Source: Leidyana gryllorum EB-2025a (taxonomy: Eukaryota > Protista > Apicomplexa). From it: a DNA stretch of 6,718 bases. The position numbers and the translations under genes were made by a program. The DNA lies in the NCBI GenBank assembly GCA_048772705.1, contig JBLWGC010000009.1:1-6718 (forward strand). Direction: 5' to 3'. How positions within the stretch are numbered: position 1 is the first letter of the stretch; every line of letters begins with the position of its first letter. The notes under the pieces were generated by a model. It worked only from the letters and a program-made list of their open reading frames with translations. It ran no database searches and was not told where the DNA came from. This document shows, piece after piece, positions 1 through 6,718 of this stretch.

Positions 1-88
1 GGCGTGTAGTAGATTCAATATGGCGGGGGAGACAGAGACAAAATATTAATCCTTTGAACGTCCAGTTTGCCCCCGTAACTTGACACAG

Positions 89-705
89 ATGCTGGACAGA
101 CTTCGGTCCTTTTTTTTCTCACACTGGGGGCGTGGCGAGGGCATTGCGAACCAGATGCCTGACCTATTGGTATTCACATTTCGTTGTGGGAACGACAATC
201 CTTACTATGACTGTCCTGGTATTGATCAGTGGTATATCCCGCGTCCTCCGATACAGCTTGCCTCAACAGTGGGTGTGGTTGTGGCTTGAAGAAACATTAT
301 GCGCGCTGCGCGATGCTGCTGTTGCTCATTTGACTTTTCTGTGAGTTCGATTGTGGTCTGGTTGAGATTGAGGCTCATAGATTCAAGTGTTTGTCGGTTT
401 GGTGCCTTTATGTATGGGAGCAACGCTGGGCCGCTCTTCCAGACGGAGCTCGCGGTCCTGCAGACGAGAATCCGCCGGGCCTGGATGATGCAGAAAGACT
501 TCTCGCTGATGGAATTCCGCTCCAAACTCGACGTGCGAATGTCCTTACTGAAGTTGAAGTTCTTCGCCGGACAGTGACCAACCTTCAGTTTGCAAACGCA
601 AGAGTCGAGGCTAGATGTATCGAGCTTGAGAGGGAGATTGGAGGCCTGGCGCAAGAAGGTGGTGGACTTCCGCAAAACGGTGATGAGGGCTACGGACGGG
701 GCTAG
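89..705 (+). pseudogene. Gene A copy 1: transmembrane + leucine-zipper protein, frameshifted; join(89..340,381..705)
   Basis: ATG at 89 matches the copy 2 ATG at 3806. The T run at 110-117 has 8 T versus 7 T in copy 2, putting this ATG out of frame with the hydrophobic ORF 132..344. A further 2-nt indel at 682/683 leads to TAG at 703-705. The homopolymer difference could be a sequencing error. Confidence 0.6.
341..380 (+). other. 40-nt spliceosomal intron, gene A copy 1
   Basis: GTGAGT donor and GCTCATAG acceptor. It contains the stop of ORF 132..344, and its removal fuses ...HLTF-L-FKCLSVWCLY in frame with ORF 391..705. Confidence 0.8.
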
Positions 706-735
706 AGATGGAATGAGGCGACCAGGCGAGGGCAC

Positions 736-769
736 GAGGCGGACAACTATTGAGGCGGACAACTATTGA
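736..769 (+). repeat. Perfect 16-bp tandem duplication (GAGGCGGACAACTATT x2), copy 1 only
   Basis: 736..751 is identical to 752..767, followed by GA. Absent from copy 2. Confidence 0.95.
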
Positions 770-787
770 AGTAGCAAGATTGGAGGA

Positions 788-1050
788 ATGAAGGCGGATC
801 CACGGGCACAGGAACCTGCGCGGTCAGGGGACGAGGCGAGAAACGGAAGGCATAAGATAATGTGAGGAAGGGGGACGCCCAGTGCGAGGATTCAGAGCAT
901 TGTGCACTCTGCGCCATGGAGTTATCCGAAACGATTACATCTGCGGACGAAGAGTTGGAGCGTGGTGATATATACCGATTATTTGTATCTTGGAGAAGCG
1001 ACGAGTTCGGTGCCGCGATATCGAGTTCATCACAGCTCTTCCCAGACTGA
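788..1050 (+). pseudogene. Degenerate probable C-terminal tail of gene A, copy 1
   Basis: MKADPRAQEPARSGDEARNG matches the copy 2 repeat peptide ADPPAQGPPRPGNEAIIG. ELSETITSADEELERGDIY matches VLSDSITSPDEELERGDTY with mostly synonymous or conservative changes. Interrupted by stops and indels. Confidence 0.4.
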
Positions 1051-1360
1051 ACGTCAGCCCGGCCTCGAGGACTGACGGAGTTAGTTTAGAGGACTGCAAG
1101 TGTAGTCATCTGTACAGTCAATCGATTGTGTGCCCAGCTTAAATCTATGTTCCATCGCCTTTCGGCTATCAGCCGTAACATCAAGTTGAAAGAAGACTTC
1201 AGAACATGTCACACCCCCCCAACAATATACTGGAATTCAAAATTCCAACTACCTTAGTGACAAAGTGCGAGTTGATTATACTGGAACGATTGATCTGTAC
1301 TCTGCTGACGTCTGATCAGCTGAAATGACCACCGTGACGTTCTGCCAAAGGTGAGAAACA

Positions 1361-1691
1361 ATGGTGTATGGAGTTCTTACCGCTATTCATCCTCAAGCAG
1401 TCGTGGCTAACAGAGTGTACATCGGCAAGGTATACCAACGATTTTTTCTGACGTGCATGAAGTTAACCACCCACATAGTCATCTGCTGACTATCGAAACG
1501 GACGTGCTGCTACTAACTGGGTCTACCAAGGAGACATGAACCACGTTGCTTCGGTTGAGCTCCACGTTGGAATAACCGCACGGAAAGCCATGCGGCATGA
1601 TTGTAAAACATGGCCCGCAAGTTCGTCGAGTCGCCACACGCGTGTGCGCAGAGGACTTCTGCGGTCGTTGGTGCTGAGGAATGCTGAGTGA
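1361..1691 (+). CDS. Possible small spliced ORF/uORF, 93 aa, join(1361..1429,1479..1691), overlapping the F-box start
   Basis: ATG at 1361, AAG|GTATAC donor at 1430, GTTAAC...CATAG acceptor ending at 1478, open to TGA 1689-1691. The same structure is in copy 2. No recognisable domain; it could be 5' UTR. Confidence 0.25.
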
Positions 1692-3665
1692 CCACATCTG
1701 GACTCAAATCCTTCGCTTCCTACCGTTATGGGAACTGACAAGAGTGGCTGGAATCTCCAAACAGATTTACGACATCCTTCACTCAGAAACTTCGTTGTTG
1801 GTCTCGGAGCAACTTTCACTCACGATGACACAGTGGGTCTGGATACACCGGGCGTCGTGGTTCGAAGAATGGCTGCAGCGGTCGTGCCCACATCTAAAAT
1901 CGCTCTTCTGGATCGGAGAGATCAACAAGGATCTCATTGTCATCGATCTATTGCAGAAGATGTGCAAACGGGGTTTACCCAAGTTAAGGAAGGCAACAAT
2001 AGGCGTGACCTTCCCGACTGGGGGATCGTGGCAGTCCCATACTTTCACTTTCCCCACACTGAAGTATCTGGACTTACAATGGTCCGTCTTGTCTGACGGA
2101 CCTCTGCAAATCGACGCACCCATGCTGGAGTTTTTGGCTGTCAACAGGCACAGCCTCCCCTTCATTCGCCACGATTTGGCTGAGACACTCCATCAGGCGG
2201 TGGGCGACGGTCCCGATACCCTCATTATAGCAGTGACAAAGCCACAATTCAAGTATTGGATCTACAGAGTGTGTGATGTCCCCTCTTCTGTAGTGGAGGG
2301 AGGCTGGAAGACGTCCGCCGCTTTGGTGCAATTTTTACCCAGAGCCCCGGATTGGACACGCGATGTGTTGGATTTGCAAAATGAGCGTTCATTCACGTGG
2401 CCAACGTGCGCGAGGTGAGCAATGTTTGAGCCTTCAGTGACATACAGCGCAGGGGGGCACAGAGGCTATTGAACTTTCTCAAAAGAGAATGGTCCGATCG
2501 AGAACGCAATATGCATCCGCTGTGCCGCACCTTTTTACATTCGAAGCCGTATGTGGTATGGCTACGTCCTCAACGGATAGTCAATGAGACCGAAGAAAAT
2601 GGAACTGTGGGTGTGCGGGTGCGTTTAAGCTTGGGATGGTTCCGGTTGGCGCGAACTCGGGATCTGGAGTCCCCCCCTCTCTGGTGGATGGCACTGCCAC
2701 TGACCGAACCGCCCGCTGTATTTCCTCCCACAAACATTGGGTTGGTGACAAATCACACAGCGTATCTGAACGCCACCGGCCTGCATCATGCAGTGGATTG
2801 GTCCGAGGTGACACGGGTTCTCTATGTCAATAACGCTTCCATTCCAACTCTGACCGAAGACTCAATTAGAAGTTTGCCCTTCCGAAGTCTGAAGCGCATC
2901 GAGTTACCTCTGCAGGGTTGGGCACTCACCGCAGCGCTGCTTGAAGACGCGACTTCCCAATTTTGGCTTCCCGATTGTATCCGGGTGCTGTGCCTTCACA
3001 CCGACCGGGATGACTCACCGGAAGCGGTTCGACGATTGATTGAAAGATGTCACATCCAATACGTCGGTGTTACCGGAATACCTTCAAAAACCACAAAGTT
3101 GGTTGATTGGTTTTTGGTTGGCCACTCTATCTGGCGACGGAAAGGCGTGCGTATTCGCTTCGGCCTTCAAGCTGCAGCGCTTCTACAATACCCGTGGCCT
3201 AAGGTCCAATTGGAACTCGTCTCGGGACTCTACACCGATGCCACCCTCCGAGCTATGCTGAAGGACATCGGTTGCTCGGCTGATGAGATCGATGCGTTTC
3301 TGGAGGCTCAATCTGATGACGACAGCGAGGAGTGGCCACGGCTGCGAGAAAAAAGTGTCCGGGCTGAGTCCACTCTCGTCCAAGACACGTATTCCCCCAA
3401 CGTGCCAAAAGTATTCGTCAGTGAGTGGTACTCTGCGATGTTGGAAGCGACATTGGGCGAGGCTCAACCGTCTGTGGGCGGATTATTTGGCCCGATGGCT
3501 TCCCTTTGTTCAGACGATTGGTGGCTGGGCCGTATGTTGCTGGATCAGAGGTTCGCAGAACTGGAATATTTCGATGCTGTTGTGATGTTACCGGCTGTCT
3601 GTCCTTTGAGTCTGCACGAAGAAGTTTCCTCACGAAGCGAGGAGGAGAAGTTGGGGCCCACATAA
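1681..3665 (+). CDS. Gene B copy 1: F-box / LRR-like protein, ~648 aa, join(1681..2414,2453..3665)
   Basis: The N-terminal LSDHIWTQILRFLPLWELTRVAGISKQIYDIL fits the F-box consensus (L-P/S-D/E-x-I-x-x-x-I-L-x-F-L-P-x-x-D/E-L...V/I-S-K). LxxLxL-type repeats follow: CPHLKSLFW, LPKLRKATI, FPTLKYLDL, APMLEFLAV, and in exon 2 FRSLKRIEL and PDCIRVLCL. A 38-nt intron joins the 245-aa and 398-aa ORFs in frame (1947 nt total). Confidence 0.85.
2415..2452 (+). other. 38-nt spliceosomal intron, gene B copy 1
   Basis: AG|GTGAGC donor contains the apparent TGA stop. There is a TGAC branch-like motif and a CGCAG acceptor at 2452. Splicing gives ...PTCAR-GAQRLLNFLKREW. The alternative CAGs at 2447 and 2462 are out of frame. 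Confidence 0.8.
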
Positions 3666-3805
3666 GCGTTCTTTGATGACACGTTTTCGATCACATATGT
3701 GTGTTAGTATTATTGGTGGCGTGTAGTAGATTCAATATGGCGGGGGAGACAGAGACAAAATATTAATCCTTTGAACGTCCAGTTTGCCCCCGTAACTTGA
3801 CACAG

Positions 3806-4484
3806 ATGCTGGACAGACTTCGGTCCTTTTTTTCTCACACTCGGGGCCTGGCGAGGGCATTGCGAACCAGATTCCTGACCTATTGGTATTCACATTTCGT
3901 TGTGGGAACGACAATCCTTACTATGACTGTCCTGGTATTGATCAGTGGTATATCCCGCGTCCTCCGATACAGCTTGCCTCAAAAGTGGGTGTGGTTGTGG
4001 TTGGAAGAAATAGTATGCGCGCTGCGCGATGCTACTGTTGCTCATTTGACTTTTCTGTGAGTTCGATTGTGGTCTGGTTGAGATTGAGGCTCATAGATTC
4101 AAGTGTTTGTCGGTTTGGTGCCTTTATGTATGGGAGCAACGCTGGGCCGCTCTTCCAGACGGAGCTCGCGGTCCTGCAGACGAGAATCCGCCGGGCCTGG
4201 ATGATGCAGAAAGACTTCTCGCTGATGGAATTCCGCTCCAAACTCGACGTGCGAATGTCCTTACTGAAGTTGAAGTTCTTCGCCGGACAGTGACCAACCT
4301 TCAGTTTGCAAACGCAAGAGTCGAGGCTAGATGTATCGAGCTTGAGAGGGAGATTGGAGGCCTGGACGAGGAAGGCGGTCAACTTCCGCGAAACGGTGGT
4401 ATGAGGACTGCGGACGGGGCGATAAACGGAGGCATGCGGATCCACCGGCCCAGGGGCCTCCGCGGCCAGGGAACGAGGCGATAA
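3806..4484 (+). CDS. Gene A copy 2: Arg-rich N-terminus + transmembrane segment(s) + leucine zipper, 212 aa, join(3806..4056,4097..4484)
   Basis: Continuous 639-nt frame after removing a 40-nt GTGAGT..TAG intron. Hydrophobic FVVGTTILTMTVLVLISGI, a second hydrophobic stretch VAHLTFLFKCLSVWCLYVW spanning the splice junction, and a heptad repeat at 4257-4364. No family recognised. Confidence 0.7.
4057..4096 (+). other. 40-nt spliceosomal intron, gene A copy 2
   Basis: Identical to 341..380. Joins ORF 3797..4060 to ORF 4107..4484 in frame. Confidence 0.8.
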
Positions 4485-4555
4485 TCGGGGTGGTGGCGGA
4501 TCCACCGGCACAGCAATGTCCGCGGCCAGGGAACGTGGTCTTAAAACGAAGGCAT
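4436..4555 (+). repeat. Imperfect 60-bp tandem repeat (2 units; one related unit at ~794..847 in copy 1)
   Basis: GCGGATCCACCGGC starts at 4436 and at 4496, each followed by TCCGCGGCCAGGGAACG at the same spacing. The period is a multiple of 3. Confidence 0.9.
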
Positions 4556-5068
4556 CAGGTAGTGGGAGGAAGGGGACGCCGGGTGCGAGGATTCGGAACA
4601 TTGTACACTCTGCTCAACGGAGTGCTATCCGATTCGATCACATCGCCGGACGAAGAGTTGGAGCGTGGTGATACATACTGATTATATATATCTTGGAGAA
4701 GCGACGAGTTCGGTGCCGCGATAGCGACTTCATCACAGCTCTTCCCAGACTGGACGTCAGCCCGGCCCTGACGACTGACGGAGTTAGTTTAGAGGATTGC
4801 AAGTGTAGTCATCTGTACAGTCAATCGATTGTGTACCCTTGCCCAGCTTAAAAATGCGTTGGATCGCTCTTTGGCCATCAGCCGTATCATCAAGTTGATA
4901 GAAGACTTTAGAACATGTCATACCCCGCCAACATACTGGGATTCAAAATTCCGACTGCCTTAGTGACAAAGTGCGGGTTTCTTCAAACGGTAACAATTGA
5001 TTCTGGACTCTGCTGGTCTCAAATCAGCTGAAATCGCCACCGTGACGTGCTGCCAAAGGTGAGAAGCA

Positions 5069-5399
5069 ATGGTGCATGGAGTTCTTACCGCTCTTCATGC
5101 TCAAGCAGTCGTGGCTAACAGAGTGTACATCGGCAAGGTATACCAACGATTTTTTCTGACGTGCATGAAGTTAACCACCCACATAGTCATCTGCTGACTA
5201 TCGAAACGGACGTGCTGCTACTAACTGGGTCTACCAAGGAGACATGAACCACGTTGCTTCGGTTGAGCTCCACGTTGGAATAACCGCACGGAAAGCCATG
5301 CGGCATGATTGTAAAACATGGCCCGCAAGTTCGTCGAGTCGTCACACGCGTGTGCGCAGAGGACTTCTGCGGTCGTTGGTGCTGAAGAATGCTGAGTGA
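5069..5399 (+). CDS. Possible small spliced ORF/uORF, copy 2, join(5069..5137,5187..5399)
   Basis: Same ATG, splice signals and stop as 1361..1691. The exon 2 differences are CGC>CGT (silent) and AGG>AAG (R>K). Confidence 0.25.
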
Positions 5400-6718
5400 C
5401 CACATCTGGACTCAAATCCTTCGCTTCCTACCGTTATGGGAACTGACAAGAGTGGCTGGAATCTCCAAACAGATTTACGACATTCTTCACTCAGAAACTT
5501 CGTTGTTGGTCTCGGAGCAACTTTCACTCACGAGGACACAATGGGCCTGGGTACACCGGGCGTCGTGGTTTGAAGGATGGCTGCACCGGTCGTGCCCACA
5601 TCTGGAATCGCTCTCTTGGATTGGAGAGATCAACAAGGATCTCATTGTCATCGATCTATTGCAGAAGATGTGCAAACGGGGTTTACCAAAGCTAACGAAG
5701 GCAGCAATAGGTGTGACCTTTCCGACTGGGGGATCGTGGCAGTCCCATACTTTCACTTTCCCCACACTGAAGTATCTGAACTTACAATGGTCCGTCTTGT
5801 CTGACGGACCTCTGCAAATCGACGCACCCATGCTGGAGTTTTTGGCTGTCAACAGGCACAGCCTCCCCTTCATTCGCCACGATTTGGCTGAGACGCTCCA
5901 TCAGGCGGTGGGCGACGGCCCCGATGCCCTCATTATAGCAGTGACAAAGCCACAATTCAAGTATTGGATCTACAGACTGTGGGACGTCCCCTCTTCTGTA
6001 GTGGAAGGAGGCTGGAAGACGTCCGCCTCTTTGGTGCCATCGTTACCCACAGCCCCGGATTGGACACGCGATGTGTTGGATTTGCAAAATGAGCCTTCAT
6101 TCACGTGGCCAACGTGCGCGAGGTGAGCAATGTTTGAGCCTTTGATGACACACAGCGCAGGGGGGCACAGAGGCTATTGAAATATCTCAAGAGAGAATGG
6201 TCCGACCGAGAACGCAATATGCATCCGCTGTGTCGCACATTTCTACATTTGAGGTCGTGTGCGGTACGGCTACATCCTCAACGGATAGTCAATGAGACCG
6301 TAGGAAATGGAACTTTGGGTGTGCGGGTGCGTTCAAGCGTGGGATGGTTCCGGTTGGCGCGAACTCGGGATTTGGAGTCCCCGCCTCTGCGGTGGAAGGC
6401 ACTGCCACTGACCGAACCGCCCGCTGTATTTCCTCCCACAAACATTGGGTTGGTGGCAAATCACACAGCGTATCTGAACGCCACCGGCCTGCATCATGCA
6501 GTGGATTGGTCCGAGGTGACACGGGTTCTCTATGTCAATAACGCTTCCATTCCAACTCTGACCGAAGACTCAATTAGAAGTTTGCCCTTCCGAAGTCTGA
6601 AGCGCATCGAGTTACCTCTGCAGGGTTGGGCACTCACCGCAGCGCTGCTTGAAGACGCGACTCCCCAATTTTGGCTTCCCGATTGTATCCGGGTGCTGTG
6701 CCTACACACCGACCGAGA
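5389..6718 (+). CDS. Gene B copy 2: F-box / LRR-like protein, 3'-partial, join(5389..6122,6161..>6718)
   Basis: Paralog of 1681..3665. Exon 1 differs at 18 of 245 residues. Exon 2 (GAQRLLKYLKREWSDRERNMHPLCRTFLH...) is open to the window end and is absent from the ORF track, presumably because it has no stop. Confidence 0.85.
6123..6160 (+). other. 38-nt spliceosomal intron, gene B copy 2
   Basis: The GTGAGC donor, TGAC motif, CGCAG acceptor and length are all conserved, while internal positions differ from copy 1. Confidence 0.8.

Larger units (their letters stand above)
1..3717 (+). repeat. Tandem duplication unit, copy 1 (~3.71 kb two-gene cassette; true unit boundary unknown)
   Basis: The first bases of the window (ggcgtgtagtagattcaatatgg) recur at 3718. 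Colinear similarity continues to the window end, with offset 3717 at the start and 3708 at the F-box gene (1681 vs 5389). Confidence 0.98.
3718..6718 (+). repeat. Tandem duplication unit, copy 2 (partial; corresponds to ~1..3010 of copy 1)
   Basis: Direct colinear match to copy 1 with many substitutions and indels, so it is a diverged copy rather than an exact assembly duplicate. Confidence 0.98.

Noticed and set aside
20-88. 9-codon uORF MAGETETKY (20..49) and a possible 29-nt intron ending CACAG directly before ATG 89
   Set aside because: The donor (GTCCAG) is poor and there is no way to link the uORF in frame. Too short to support.
299-769. TGA recoding (Trp/Sec), since single TGAs at 575 and 1675 interrupt otherwise open frames
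   Set aside because: The long Trp-rich ORFs use only TGG with no in-frame TGA, and the key TGAs at 342 and 2416 are explained by GTGAG splice donors.
1050-1460. Several TGACG(T) CRE-like motifs suggesting bZIP regulation
   Set aside because: Short motifs expected by chance. The best one (1306-1312) is not conserved in copy 2, and gene A lacks a clear basic region.
1635-1646. 12-bp palindrome CACACGCGTGTG upstream of the F-box ATG (also CACATATGTG at 3692-3701)
   Set aside because: Present in the sequence but short and without independent support for function.
2549-2580. Possible extra intron GTATGT...GATAG in gene B
   Set aside because: Removing these 32 nt causes an immediate in-frame TGA. 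The donor is degraded to GTGTGC in copy 2, and the unspliced frame is open in both copies.
1479-3676. Numerous short alternative-frame and minus-strand ORFs in the track (e.g. 1728..2096, 1779..2165, 2581..2814, 3183..3467)
   Set aside because: They are shadows of gene B with no domain signal, and several change length between copies (1728..2096 vs 5577..5804; 1523..1819 vs 5342..5527).
1-6718. Transposon/LTR, CRISPR array, RNA genes or a prokaryotic operon
   Set aside because: No transposase, RT or integrase motifs, terminal repeats, spacer-repeat array or tRNA/rRNA signature was seen. The F-box and spliceosomal-type introns point to a eukaryotic context.
3718-6718. Duplication as a pure assembly artefact or circular-contig overlap
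   Set aside because: The copies differ by many substitutions with codon-level structure and by repeat-number indels, beyond sequencing error. A false join of two divergent haplotypes cannot be fully excluded without long reads.

Overview
Eukaryotic-type DNA with tiny GT-AG introns. The window is about 1.8 head-to-tail copies of a ~3.71 kb cassette (copy 1 = 1..3717; copy 2 = 3718..6718, running off the end). The ORF track fragments the real genes: two conserved mini-introns (38 and 40 nt) join the listed ORFs in frame and give two co-oriented + strand genes per unit. Gene A encodes an Arg-rich N-terminus, 1-2 transmembrane segments and a leucine zipper, followed by a repeat-rich, indel-ridden tail. 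It is open as 212 aa in copy 2 and frameshifted in copy 1. Gene B is a ~648-aa N-terminal F-box protein with LRR-like repeats, intact in copy 1 and open as far as visible in copy 2. The F-box is identical between copies, while amino-acid changes fall on exposed LRR positions and in a hypervariable patch. A possible third small spliced ORF overlaps the F-box start. Divergence between copies is strongly mosaic. The most interesting hypothesis (inference only) is a tandemly amplified membrane-protein/F-box module, such as a toxin-antidote or recognition cassette. The organism cannot be identified from the sequence.
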